A DNA stretch of 64,000 bases from assembly GCF_902652985.1 (NCBI RefSeq), contig NC_047028.1:10168001-10232000 (forward strand), in the 5' to 3' direction. This document shows positions 26,150 to 40,095 of the stretch, piece by piece. The stretch is from Pecten maximus. Lineage: Eukaryota. Each line of letters opens with the position of its first letter. Position 1 is the stretch's first letter. The notes beneath the pieces were generated by a model that was not told where the DNA came from, ran no database searches, and worked only from the letters and a program-made list of their open reading frames with translations. The position numbers and the translations under genes were made by a program.

Positions 26150-26510
26150 ATGCCATTGAGTTGCCGCCTTACGACTTAAATATGTCGACATATTTCTGGG
26201 AAGATGTCGACATTATCAAAACATATGCCGACATAAACCGACAAATACGTCGACTTAATACTTTACCTACTGAAATATAATTGCCGTGGTAATCTAGGAA
26301 TTCGATGGCAGCAATATGCCACCGGAGTAGAAACGTACGGTACTGTACGGTATAAAGCCGAGTTTCCGACTTTCTAGATAATTATCACAGCGTTATTATC
26401 TCGGCAATTAAGCTAATACATCGCCATATTTTCCCCACTATGCCGACATATTTGTTTATGTCGACATATATAGGTCGTAAGTCGGCAAATCGATAGCAGA
26501 AATATGCCAC
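26150..26510. mobile_element. MITE-like element with ~40-bp imperfect inverted repeats
   Basis: GCCATTGAGTTGCCGCCTTACGACTTAAATATGTCGACATA (~26152) matches the reverse complement of TATGTCGACATATATAGGTCGTAAGTCGGCAAATCGATAGC (~26457). Confidence 0.65.
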
Positions 26511-27740
26511 TATATAAATTCTTATAACCTAATCGAAGTAAGGTTTTATTCTGCTCAGTTCCCAGAGATCTTCATGGACACTTTAATGAAAGGATTTATA
26601 TTAGAGATCTCCAATTGATTATCGCTGATATCTTTTGTATACATTGCATCACAGTCGGACTGGAGATATCAGCAATAACACTTATTCAGGCTCCATCGAC
26701 GAATTCTTGTAGAAAAGTGGTAAGACATTTGAAAATATTAAAATAGCACATAATATATAATTAAATATCCGCTTCTTTTACATTGGCACTATCTATTTAG
26801 ATTGGCTGCTGAGGATTTTTAAACGGTGATTTCGAATTGCATCCGTTCCAATATATTATTGAATATATGTTGAAATTATTATCTGCATATACTATGTTGT
26901 GTCTTTTGTACAGTAATTATTCGAAAGAAAGTACACTTAAACTTTTGATACAAATAATGCATATTGTTGTATATAGTTTTTACTTTACAATAATGTTCTA
27001 ATACTAATGTGTTCAATATATTTATCTAAAAGGATCAACTTTAACAACTGATTTTTGATATGTTAATTTGTTTCTGACGGAAATATAGGCATCCATAGAT
27101 AGAACAGTATAACGTCATTATCTTAGCATCTGATAATTAACGTCATTATCTTAGCATCTGATAATTATATGCTTTGATACACTGGTCTATATCGTTTTCA
27201 TTTCCAGTTCTAGAATTTAATTGGATCGAATAACAAAGAAATTCTCTAAATTCTCTCCTAAGAGTTTTTAGTAAGGGGCGTTGTAAAAGTACTGATTTAA
27301 TTGATCATTTTTAACAGTATAGATTATACAACAAATCAAGGTAGGTAACTCGCTCGTACTAACATTGCTGTCATGTCAAGTAGTTATTGACAGTTGTTGG
27401 CGGTAGTACATAGTGGTATGCTATCATATAATGTGTGTTAGCTGTACAGGACTTAAATTATTTTCCAGTAATAATTGATTTTCTTTAAAATAACATCTTT
27501 GTGAAATGAAAAATAAAATAGTTCTACAGCCGTCCGCTTATGTTCAGACAACACCTATGTAGTATGTTTCTGATTATAGACTTCTGTATTTCCTCGAAAG
27601 ATATAAAAATAACTATTCCTGGTAAATGACCAAGCGTTGTATTCGTTTTCATGATAGCATGTCGTTAGGTTGGATGTTATAATTTGCTGTGGCTATGATA
27701 GTGTGCAAGCGGAGAATATCATTGCTGACATTTACAAGTT

Positions 27741-30700
27741 ATGGGTAGGATATTATGTACCTCGAAACAACCAGGCTACCTTGAAAACCTGAGGCGGGCA
27801 TTTCATTTCAGTGTTGCAGTAAACGTTGTATTGGTCACAATATTAGTGATTCTATTTGTTGTTCGTCAGACGCTTCGTAACAAAGACATTCCAGCTACTG
27901 CTACCCCGACAACAGAGCCCTTTCACAGATGATACAGCCGGACAGATATGTCTGCCTTGTGACTTCCAAGGACAGGAAACGGTCGATACTCTGTATGCGT
28001 TCATGCTGAAGACTGACAACAACAACACCCTTTGTTGTCTTAAGCATGATGATGATCTACAGAGCCTGGTTCTTGCGGTGAGCAGATTTACCGAATCAAC
28101 ATAAGATGTTTTAAACAATTGTTACATTGTTTTTTTTTTATTTATTTCTATTAGTTATTTTATTTTGTATTTCAGCTAGAAGAGGAAAACCGGAATAACA
28201 GACACTCCAGGCAGGGGACAGGTTTGTAGTATCAGTGTACTGCTTTTACTGTTTTCTACGAAAAGCACACATTATAATTTGTCTCTGGCAGGCCATGCTA
28301 CATTTAACGGAGGTATCGGGTGTCATCATGGTGTTGTGTCCCTTCAGTTAGTAGCTTGGAATTGGTGACTTCGCAGTAGTTAATTTCGGTTTGCCTTTTC
28401 AAAGCCAAAAATAGGAACTTATCATATATTTTCAAATGAATTAGCCCACTTCTCACATTGGATTGCCTTCTAGGCAGGCAAAGTTGAAAATATTTTTGAA
28501 ATTGACTTATTCACCTGATTTTTTGTTAAAGGACTTAGGCTCGGAAATCGTGAAAACATTATTTATATCAAATCCCTAACTCTCGTCGCCAAACAAATAC
28601 AACGTGTAAAATATAAGTAACCACAGACTGGTTAGAATATTAAGGGCTTGAATATATCGCAGCCCATTATTTCAAATGGTAAGGAAATATTGAAGTCTTT
28701 CAATAAAACTTCAGGGGATTTCGAGTAAAATTGCACTTTTATTTTACAAGATAAATTGCGATGGTGGACGGAGAGAAATCACGCCGCACACCTATACGCA
28801 AGTGACCATTCCGCTGGTTCAGGTGAGTAAACAATTTGACCAAAAAAGCAGTCCATATTTTACTGTTAAAACTGAAAAATAGCGTCGATTCATCAAGGGT
28901 TTGTACTGGATGGACTCCCGTCAATGTGTCATTGCAAAAACAAAAAAAAAAAAAAAAGGATTTCTAACCTTGTTACGAATTCCGGTTAACGTTGTAGTTA
29001 GATTTCCCTCACGAATAATAATAAAAAGGGGGGAAAAAAATCTGTGTTTAATCTTGTAACCAGGAAGTTATGTTTGAAGTATCTGCTGACCCATACTTGG
29101 TCAGAAAATTCACCTATATAAACGAAGCGTGTTGCATATCTATCATCATTCTCTAACGAAGGTCTATTATTCTAAACGTACTAGTAAATATAATACAGTG
29201 TATTAATATATACATTTTAAGCAACCTGGAAATGTAACCTTTATTTTTATTATTACCTTGATTACCTGCTTTACTGGCCCGTTGTGCTCAAAGACTCCTT
29301 ATATATACATGAAATAAATTTCATGTTTCAATTCAACTAGATATGTCCCTTAATCAGCTATATATTCATATATAATTAAAAGTAGATAATGTCCTTGTGA
29401 TGGATATACATTGTAATAATAATAATAAAAAAAACACAAACCAGATAATCACAAGCGCTTTCACAGGCTTTGAATGACAATGACCAAAAGTATACAAAAA
29501 TATAAAATTGATGACGTCAAAATAAAAATATATACAATTGAAAATTATATAAAGGAAAACAACTGTTTTTACAGTAATATTGATTTGGAACTAAGCAGAA
29601 CTACATGAATCAAGACTTGGTTTAAATAGATTAATAAACATATTTTCTTTTGATTCCCTTTCTATAGCATCTGAGCTAGACATTTGGTATATAGAACATC
29701 GGTACATATGTTTACTAACTGTTAAAAATCTTAGATGGTCTGTTCCTATTTGCTGTTAATGTACTGTCATACGTTTTATAATTTCGTTGTCAGTCTGGCC
29801 AATGTAAAATTCTGAACAATTTTTGCAAATCATAGCATAGATAACAATTTTAAATATACAATTCATATTTGCTTTGATTTGAAATTTAGATCCGTTTTTG
29901 AACGTATAACTGGAACATTCTATAATACTTTTAAATGTACCACATCTAGGCCTACCACATTTAGATATACATGGAATTTGCTGTTCAGAATCAGATTTTG
30001 AACGGCATAATAAACGTTTCAAATTTCTTGGTTGTCGCTTACAATTTGTGATTTTATTTCTGTCTAATACCTTTTTCATCTTGTCACTATTCTTAAGAAA
30101 ATCTTCACAACTTCTAATGATTGGAAAGATATTAAAATCTAAATAATTGTGTGAATCTGTTGGTTTACAATATAGATCAGTAGTAATAATGTTGTCTTTC
30201 AATTCTACTAAATCATCAAGAAATGGTGAATGTATAAAAAAAAAAAAATAACGAAAAAACAAGACTTTGCCGCGCTGGCCTTTCAGCCCTCTCAGGCTTC
30301 TGCAGGCGGACTGAACATATAGGAGTAACGATTAAAGTACTTGTCTTATTTTGAAATAATGTGTTGTCTTCATTGTCTATACAAATGTAATTTATTCTGC
30401 TATGTTATAAAAGGTTTATCCTGGAACCATCGTGAAAGCAGGACGTCACTTTTACGGAATTTGACGTTAAGTGATGACGGGAGACAGCTGGCTGTTCACA
30501 CGATGCGAGGAGCAGGAAGTTACTTCGTCTATGCCTTATATACGTTTGACTTCAGCAACGCAACGTGGGACAGAAAATCACCAATAGGCGTCCACAACAT
30601 CTACAGACACCGCCCGACTATCATCAACGCCGAAAAACAAAGACTGTGGACGGCGAAGTTTCGTGGCGAAAAAAACGACGAAAAGACAGACGAGTTTCCT

Positions 30701-30848
30701 TTGTGGAATCGTTAACATGAACATTCATGACACTTTAGAATCCGAGGCCATTTCGTATGTAGCAGGAGAGGAGTGCACGTCCAAATGCATTGACGGATCG
30801 CCATATTCCAACTTTTTTGGCATGTTCAAACTTATCGAGTTTACCTGA
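27741..30848 (+). pseudogene. Gene D: closest paralog of gene C, with two +1 frameshifts (pseudogene or assembly indel errors). Exons 27741-28077, 28176-28221, 28751-28822, 30414-30848
   Basis: Same exon phases and motifs as C (CLPC…LCCL, RWWTERNHAAHLY, GAGSYFVY, TSFLCG, NFFGMFKL). There is an extra T in TTT at 27921-23 and an extra A in A7 at 30669-75. Splice sites are intact and I saw no other stops. Confidence 0.85.
29620..30235 (-). mobile_element. Penelope-like retroelement fragment (RT C-terminus + GIY-YIG endonuclease) in gene D intron 3
   Basis: ORF 29756..30262 contains TDLYCKPTDSHNYLDF, RQPRNLKRLL, CGRPRCGT and NC…VIYAMICKNCSEFYIGQT. Confidence 0.85.
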
Positions 30849-31599
30849 CTAAACTTCTGATGCAACAAAGTTATTGTTCTGGTATTATTGCTCAGTAAAA
30901 AAGATCAAATAAAACAAGGAACTGTTTTCTGTTCTGCAAATGATTTTCCTTCAATGACACCAATAAACAATAGACTCGTACGACAATAATTTATGTCTAG
31001 ATAAAGTATCACCATTTAAGATGGTTTTATCCGATCATCAAATATTGAAAATATAAAAAGTGCAATATATATATGAATATGCTATGGATAAAACACGCGT
31101 GAAACGGGAACATATATTAAGAAGCGAAATTTTCTAGTAAGAGACTGGGCAGCCCGATATCCTGACATGATCATAGCAAAACAGCGTCTATAAGATTATA
31201 TGAATACCTGGATGGCAAGGTGATATGCATGCACCAGTGAGAATTGTACACAAATAACATATATTTCAAATCCTTAATTTCAACAGAACAGAGTGAATAT
31301 GATATATTGTGTAAATGATTAGATATACAACGTAGTAAAACAAATGAGGAAGGAAGATGAATGTTTGATTCCTACCCAGACCAGGCCTGGTATACGTAAA
31401 TATCTACACTTAATATGAAATACAAATGTAGAAACATTAACAGCATAATTTACTTGTAAACAATGCATACACTAGGAAACACACAAGTACATGACCGGAC
31501 AACAGAAAGAAAGCCAATATATAGGACTTGATAAATCCACAACAAATGTGTATGTAAAATTAGCCATCTAAGAAGGAGTGAACTTGTTACATAGTTGAA

Positions 31600-34500
31600 C
31601 GGTAGAGAATTGAAAAGATGGTACAAACATAGAACAGTAGAATATTGACAAAGTTGGTACAAACATAGAACAGTAGAGTATTGATAAAGTTGGTACAAAC
31701 ATGGACAGTAGAGTATTGACAAAGTTGATACAAACATAGAACAGTAGAGTATTGACAAAGTTGATACAAACATAGAACAGTAGAGTATTGACAAAGTTGA
31801 TACAAACATAGAACAGTAGAGAATTGACAAAGTTTGTACAAACATAGAACAGTAGAATATTGACAAAGTTGGTACAAACATAGAACAGTTAAGTATTGAC
31901 AAAGTTGGTACAAACATAGAACAGTAGAGTATTGACACAGTTGGTACAAACATGGACAGTAGAATATTGACACAGTTGGTACAAACATGGACAGTAGAAT
32001 ATTGACAAAGTTGGTACAGACATAGAACAGTAGAGAATTGACAAAGTTGGTACAAACATGGACAGTAGAGTATTGATAAAGTTGGTACAAACATGGACAG
32101 TAAAGTATTGACAAAGTTGGAACAAACATGGACAGTAGATTATTGACAAAGTTGGTACAAAAATAGAACAGTAGAGTATTGACAAAGTTGGTACAAACAT
32201 GGACAGTAGATTATTGACAAAGTTGGTAAAAAACATAAAACAGTAGAATATTGACAAAGTTGGTACAAACATGGACAGTAGAGAATTGACAAAGTTGGTA
32301 CAAACATGGACAGTAGAGTATTGACAAAATTGGTACAAACATGGACAGTAGATTATTGATAAAGTTGGTACAAACATGGACAGTAGATTATTGATAAAGT
32401 TGGTACAAACATGGACAGTAGAGAATTGACAAAGTTGGTACAAACATACAACAGTAGAGAATTGACAAAGTAGTACAAACATAGAACAGTAGAGTATTGA
32501 CAAAGTTGATACAAACATAGAACAGTAGAGTATTGACAAAGTTGGTACAAACATGGACAGTAGAGTATTGATAAAGTTGGTACAAACATGGACAGTAAAG
32601 TATTGACAAAGTTGGAACAAACATGGACAGTAGATTATTGACAAAGTTGGTACAAAAATAGAACAGTAGAGTATTGACAAAGTTGGTACAAACATGGACA
32701 GTAGATTATTGACAAAGTTGGTAAAAAACATAAAACAGTAGAATATTGACAAAGTTGGTACAAACATGGACAGTAGAGAATTGACAAAGTTGGTACAAAC
32801 ATGGACAGTAGAGTATTGACAAAATTGGTACAAACATGGACAGTAGATTATTGATAAAGTTGGTACAAACATGGACAGTAGATTATTGATAAAGTTGGTA
32901 CAAACATGGACAGTAGAGAATTGACAAAGTTGGTACAAACATACAACAGTAGAGAATTGACAAAGTAGTACAAACATAGAACAGTAGAGTATTGACAAAG
33001 TTGATACAAACATAGAACAGTAGAGTATTGACAAAGTTGGTACAAACATGGACAGTAGAGTATTGACAAAGTTGGTACAAACATAGAACAGTAGAGAATT
33101 GACAAAGTTGGTACAAACATGGACAGTAGAGTATTGACAAAGTTGGTGCAAACATAGAACAGTAGAGTATTGTCAAAGTTGGTACAAACATAGAACAGTA
33201 GAGTATTGACAAAGTTGATACAAACATAGAACAGTAGAGAATTGACAAAGTTGGTACAAACATAGAACAGTAGAGAATTGACAAAGTTTGTACAAACATA
33301 AAACAGTAGAATATTGACAACGCTGGTACAAACATAGAACAGTTAAGTATTGACAAAGTTGGTACAAACATAGAACAGTAGAGTATTGACAAAGTTGGTA
33401 CAAACATGGACAGTAGAATATTGACAAAGTTGGTACAGACATAGAACAGTAGAGAATTGACAAAGTTGGTACAAACATGGACAGTAGAGTATTGATAAAG
33501 TTGGTACAAACATGGACAGTAAAGTATTGACAAAGTTGGAACAAACATGGACAGTAGATTATTGACAAAGTTGGTACAAACATAGAACAGTAGAGTATTG
33601 ACAAAGTTGGTACAAACATGGAACTGTAGATTATTGACAAAGTTGGTAAAAAACATAAAACAGTAGAGTATTTAAAGTTGGTACAAACATGGACAGTAGA
33701 GTATTGACAAAGTTGGTACAAACATAGAACAGTAGAGAATTGACAAAGTTGGTACAAACCTGGACAGTAGAGTATTGACAAAGTTGGTACAAACATAGAA
33801 CAGTAAAGTATTGACAAAGTTGGTACAAACATGGACAGTAGAGAATTGACAAAGTTGGTACAACCATGGACAGTAGAGTATTTTTAAAGTTGGTACAAAC
33901 ATGGACAGTAGAGTATTGACAAGTTGGTACAAACATTGAACAGTAAAGTATTGACAAAGTTGGTACAAACATCGACAGTAGAGTATTGACAAAGATGGTA
34001 CAAACATAGAACAGTAGCGAATTGACAAAGTTGGTACAAACATGGACAGTAGAGTATTTATCAAGTTGGTACAAACATGGACAGTAGATTATTGACAAAA
34101 TTGGTACAAACACGGACGGTAGAGTATTTTTAAAGTTGGTACAAACATGGACAGTAGAGTATTGACAAAGTTGGTACAAACATAGAACGGTAGAGAATTG
34201 ACAAAGTTGGTACAAACATGGACAGTAGATTATTGATAAAGTTGGTACAAACATGGACAGTAGAGAATTGACAAAGTTGGTACAAACATAGAACAGTAAA
34301 GTATTGACAAAGTTGGTACAAGCATGGACAGTAGATTATTGATAAAGTTGGTACACATATAGAACCGTAAAGTAATGACAAAATTGGTACAAACATGGAC
34401 AGTAGATTATTGATAAAGTTGGTACAAACATGGACAGTAGAGAATTGACAAAGTTGGTACAAACATAGAACAGTAGAGTATTTTTAAAGTTGGTACAAAC

Positions 34501-37500
34501 ATGGACAGTAGAGTATTGACAAAGTTGGTACAAACATAGAACAGTAGAGAATTGACAAAGTTGGTACAAACATGGACAGTAGATTATTGATAAAGTTGGT
34601 ACAAACATGGAGAGTAGAGAATTGACAAAGTTGGTACAAACATAGAACAGTAAAGTATTGACAAAGTTGGTACAAGCATTGACAGTAGATTATTGATAAA
34701 GTTGGTACAAACATGGACAGTAGAGTATTGACAACGTTGGTACAAACATGGACAGTAGAGTATTTTTAAAGTTGGTACAAACATGGACAGTAGAGAATTG
34801 ACAAAGTTGGTACAAACATGGACAGTAAAGTATTGACAAAGTTGGTACAAACATAGAACAGTATAGTATTGACAACGTTGGTACAAACATGGACAGTAGA
34901 TTATTGATAAAGTTGGTACAAACATAGAACAGTATAGTATTGACAACGTTGGTACAAACATAGAACAGTAAAGTATTGACAAAGTTGGTACAAACATGGA
35001 CAGTAGAGTATTTTTAAAGTTGGTACAAACATGGACAGTAGAGTATTGATAAAGTTGATACAAACATAGAACAGTAGAGAATTGACAAAGTTTGTACAAA
35101 CATAGAACAGTAGAATATTGACAAAGTTGGTACAAACATAGAACAGTAGAGAATTGACAAAGTTGGTACAAACATAGAACAGTAGAGTATTGACAAAGTT
35201 TGTACAAACATGGACAGTAGAGTATTGACAAAGTTGGTACAAACATGGACAGTAGAGTATCGACAAAGTTGGTACAAACATAGAACAGTAGAGTATTGAC
35301 AAAGTTGGTACAAACATAGAACAGTAAAGTATTGACAAAGTTGGTACAACTATGGACAGTAGAGTATTGACAAAGTTGGTACAAACATGGACAGTAGATT
35401 ATTGACAAAGTTGGTACAAACATGGACAGTAGAGTATTGACAAAGTTGGTACAAACATGGACAGTAGAGAATTGACAAAGTTGGTACAAACATGGACAGT
35501 AGAGTATTGACAAAGTTGGTACAAACATAGAACAGTAAAGTATTGACAAAGTTGGTACAAACATGGACAGTAGATAATTGACAAAGTTGGTACAAACATG
35601 GACAGTAGAGTATTGACAAGTTGGTACAAACATTGAACAGTAGCGAATTGACAAAGTTGGTACAAACATGGACAGTAGAGAATTGACAAAGTTGGTACAA
35701 ACATAGAACAGTAAAGTATTGACAAAGTTGGTACAAGCATTGACAGTAGATTATTGATAAAGTTGGTACAAACATGGACAGTAGAGTATTGACAACGTTG
35801 GTACAAACATGGACAGTGGAGTATTTTTAAAGTTGGTACAAACATGGACAGTAGAGTATTGACAAAGTTGGTACAAACATAGACAGTTGATTATTGATAA
35901 AGTTGGTACCAACATAGAACAGTAGAGTATTGACAAAGTTGGTACAAACGTGGACAGTAGATTATTGATAAAGTTGGTTCAAACATGGACAGTAGAGAAT
36001 TGACAAAGTTGGTACAAACATAGAACAGTAGATTATTGACAAAGTTGGTACAAACATGGACAGTAGATTATTGATAAAGTTGGTACAAACATAGAACAGT
36101 AGATTATTGACAAAGTTGGTACAAACATAGAACAGTTAAGTATTGACAAAATTGGTACAAACATGGAAAGTCGATTATTGATAAAGTTGGTACAAACATA
36201 GAACAGTAAAGTATTGACAAAGTTGGTACCAACATAGAACTGTAGATTATTGACAAAGTTGGTACAAACATGGACAGTTGAGAATTGACAAAGTTGGTAC
36301 AAACATAGAACTGTAGAGTATTTTTAAAGTTGGTACAAACATGGACAGTAGAGTATTGACAAAGTTGGTACAAACATAGACAGTTGATTATTGACAAAGT
36401 TGGTACAAACATGGACAGTTGATTATTGACAAAGTTGGTACAAACATAGAACAGTTAAGTATTGACAAAGTTGGTACAAACATAGAACTGTAGATTATTG
36501 ACAAAGTTGGTACAATCATGGACAGTAGAGAATTGAGAAAGTTGGTACCAACATAGAACTGTAGATTATTGATACAGTTGGTACAAACATGGACAGTAGA
36601 GTATTGACAACGTTGGTACAAACATGGACAGTAGAGAATTGACAAAGTTGGTACAAACATAGAACTGTAGAGTATTTTTAAAGTTGGTACAAACATGGAC
36701 AGTAGAGTATTGACAAAGTTGGTACAAACATAGAACTGTAGAGTATTGACAAAGTTGGTACAAACATCGACTGTAGAGTATTGACAAAGATGGTACAAAC
36801 ATAGAACAGTAGATAATTGACAAAGTTGGTACAAACATAGAACAGTTAAGTATTGACAAAGTTGGTACCAACATAGAACTGTAGATTATTGACAACGTTG
36901 GTACAAACATGGACAGTAGAGAATTGACAAAGTTGGTACAAACATAGAACTGTAGAGTATTTTTAAAGTTGGTACAAACATGGACAGTAGAGTATTGACA
37001 AAGTTGGTACAAACATAGAACTGTAGAGTATTGACAAAGTTGGTACAAACATCGACTGTAGAGTATTGACAAAGATGGTACAAACATAGAACAGTAGATA
37101 ATTGACAAAGTTGGTACAAACATAGAACAGTTAAGTATTGACAAAGTTGGTACCAACATAGAACTGTAGATTATTGACAACGTTGGTACAAACATGGACA
37201 GTAGAGACTTGACAAAGTTGGTACAAACATAGAACTGTAGAGTATTTTTAAAGTTGGTACAAACATGGACAGTAGAGTATTGACAAAGTTGGTACAAACA
37301 TAGACAGTTGATTATTGATAAAGTTGGTACCAACATAGAACAGTAGAGTATTGACAAAGTTGGTACAAACGTGGACAGTAGATTATTGATAAAGTTGGTT
37401 CAAACATGGACAGTAGAGAATTGACAAAGTTGGTACAATCATAGAACAGTTGAATATTGACAACGTTGGTACAAACATAGAACAATAGAGTTTTGATAAA

Positions 37501-38150
37501 ATCGGTACAAATATAGAAAAGTAAAGTATTTACAAAGTTGGTACAAACATAAAACAGTAGAGAATTGACAAAGTGGTACAAACATGGACAGTAAGAGTAT
37601 TGACAAAGTTAGTACAAACATAGAACAGTAGAGTATTTTTAAAGTTGGTACAAACATAGAACAGTAGAGAATTGACAAAGTTGATACAAACATAGAACAG
37701 TAGAATATTGACAAAGTTGGTACAAACATAGAACTGTAGAGAATTGACAAAGTTGGTACAAACATGGACAGTAGAGTATTGATAAAGTTGGTACAAACAT
37801 AGAACAATAGATTATTGACAAAGTTGGTACAAACATGGACAGTAGATTATTGACAAAGTACGTACAATCATGGACAGTAGAGTATTGACAAATTTGGTAC
37901 AAACATAGAACAGTAGAGAATTGACAAAGTTGGAACAAACATAGAACAGTAGAGTATTTTTAAAGTTGGTACAAACATGGACAGTAGATTATTGACAAAG
38001 TTGGTACAAACATAGAACAGTAGAGAATTGACAAAGTTGATACAAACATAGAACAGTAGAGTATTGACAAAGTTGGTACAATTATAGAACAGTAGAGAAT
38101 TGACAAAATTGGTACAAATATAGAACAGTAGAAAGGAAGTTGGTACAAAA
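31600..38150. repeat. ~6.5-kb minisatellite of mixed 35/36-bp units (GTACAAACAT[AGA/GG]ACAGTAGAGTATTGACAAAGTTG), roughly 185 copies
   Basis: Direct tandem array. All minus-strand ORFs here are translations of the repeat. Higher-order periods of ~495 bp (32060-33050) and ~285 bp (36630-37250). Confidence 0.98.
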
Positions 38151-38449
38151 TATAATTTTAATTGGATAGCAAGCAATGGCTTAATAAATATTCTGTGTGA
38201 ATACCTTAAGTACATAACATGTACTTCATTATTTACGTAGGATAAATCATTTTTGTTCATATATATATGTTTAATTCATTCTTTTCATAATACTAGCAAA
38301 ACTGCCTTACTATTTGGTCTCAGATAAGATATCACAAAATAGCTAAATAGCCCTAACCCTTTACAAAAGTACTCCGAACATGTATTCATGTGTTACGTCT
38401 CTTTCCAAGAAAGTTATGACATAACTGTTATTCCAGGGACTCTAATCTT

Positions 38450-38595
38450 AAATGAAAGCGGAAGTTACATTGGTCAACACGCAACTTATCGTTAGCTTAA
38501 TAATATGTTTTACTGTGTTGGGGATTTCCAAAAAGGATGACGTGTAGTCCATATCAGTGTTATCAGATTATACGTGACTAAAAATATATAAACAT
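38450..38595 (+). promoter_or_regulatory. Orphan promoter-like module: IRF/ETS-like, canonical kB, CRE half-site, TATA-like
   Basis: GAAAGCGGAAGT at ~38454, GGGGATTTCC at 38520-38529, TGACGT at 38538-38543 and TATATAAA at ~38585. Confidence 0.4.
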
Positions 38596-38691
38596 TAAAG
38601 CGCGATCCTACCTCGGGTGTGTTAGTGACCTTAACTTTAAGGCCCAAGCAGGGGGCAAGATGGAACAGCCAAACCGTGCCCAATAATTAAT

Positions 38692-38716
38692 GGGGGGGGG
38701 GGGGGGGGGGGGGGGG
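38692..38716. repeat. Poly-G run (~25 nt)
   Basis: Seen directly. Confidence 0.95.
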
Positions 38717-39354
38717 TTCAGAGAGGCAAATTCATTAGCCGCTTCTGAACTATTTGATTCAATAAAAAAAGAAAGTTTTAACAATAAGCAATATGAATTG
38801 TTTTCCATCACTATTCTTTTATTTTTCACTGGGAAAAGTTCAAAGTGTATCTTTCATATCTCTCAGTAACAGAAACTATATTCATCGGCACATTGATTTT
38901 ATTCAGGGATTAAAGGTCAGCTTCCTGCCACCAACGCCATGACAAGCCAAATGGAATTTTCTTTTTCTCCCACTACAACACTACAACTGCTTGTCTAGTT
39001 TGTTCATCTACGAGTCCATACGTTTTAAACAATCGTTTGACTTTACCTTTTATTTTTCATTTTTACCACAGACAGTTTCTCTGTTACAGGTACTTGTCTT
39101 AAGATATTCACCATTCCCCAAACCCTACCGAGTACCGACTCTCATTTTTGTGGAGTTGTTTTTTGGCCGTCTTTAAGAAATGACTATTAAAGCCAAAGTG
39201 GAGTTTCTATGCATTAATAGAAAAATAAAACGATTTCCGGTTCTTTAACAGAAACGCATGTATTTTAGTTGAATTAATGCTGGATTTATTACCATGTGCA
39301 GAGCAAAGGTTGTTTCAGATAGGTTATCCTTGATATAGCTAATTGCTAGCTCAG

Positions 39355-40095
39355 TGAATACAAGAGGCCTGTCGCATATCATCTAAAGACATCTGAGTAA
39401 AGTGCCTTGCCCGAGGACAAGACCACCACAGCAATAGACTGTTTTGAACCGAGTAGATACCCAACTCTCATTTTGGATTTCACCTGATACAACATTTTCT
39501 GATGTTTTACCAACTGATCTACCACATCGAAATAAAGTTTGTCTTGAAAGATATTAAAACCGTAACAAGTAAATAAAATGTAGGTCGCATAGGCCTACAT
39601 AATCAATTCACTCTAGTATTCCTTTGCCGTTGGCTCCAGTGCCACTAAATGGGGTAGTTTAGACTTGAAGCTATGCAGCTTTTGTTTAATAAATAATTTA
39701 TTAAATTGGTTAATATTATCTCTCCAGTTTGTATCTGTATTACACAGTTTAAATTCCTCCATGGAAGTATTAGTATGTAGTTAAACGTCCATTTCTACCC
39801 ACAGATAATGTGTACATAGTGTATAATTGAGGATTTGTAAACAATTAATTTGTCATGCATTCGTTGATGTATTTATAAAGCGTATTTACCAACTATTTTC
39901 CGCATAGATATCTTTAGTACAGCAGTACATTTGGAAGAATGAATACTTAAAAGTTCAGTACAAGCAATTCATCTTGCTAATAACAGCCAAAAAGATCAAA
40001 TAATACGAATAACTTACATAAATGTTATCCTATGATTTTTTAAGTACGCAATTTTATTGATTATTTGTGGAAGGAAAATCATAAATAAAACTCCT
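39355..40095 (+). repeat. Dispersed duplicate block, second copy at ~46826-47540
   Basis: AATACAAGAGGCCTGTCGCATATCATCTAAAGACAT…TCATAAATAAAACTCCT is shared by both copies. Confidence 0.9.

Noticed and set aside
31450-38260. Dozens of long Cys-rich minus-strand ORFs (up to 420 aa)
   Set aside because: They are translations of the 35/36-bp satellite, open in several overlapping frames with no gene structure.
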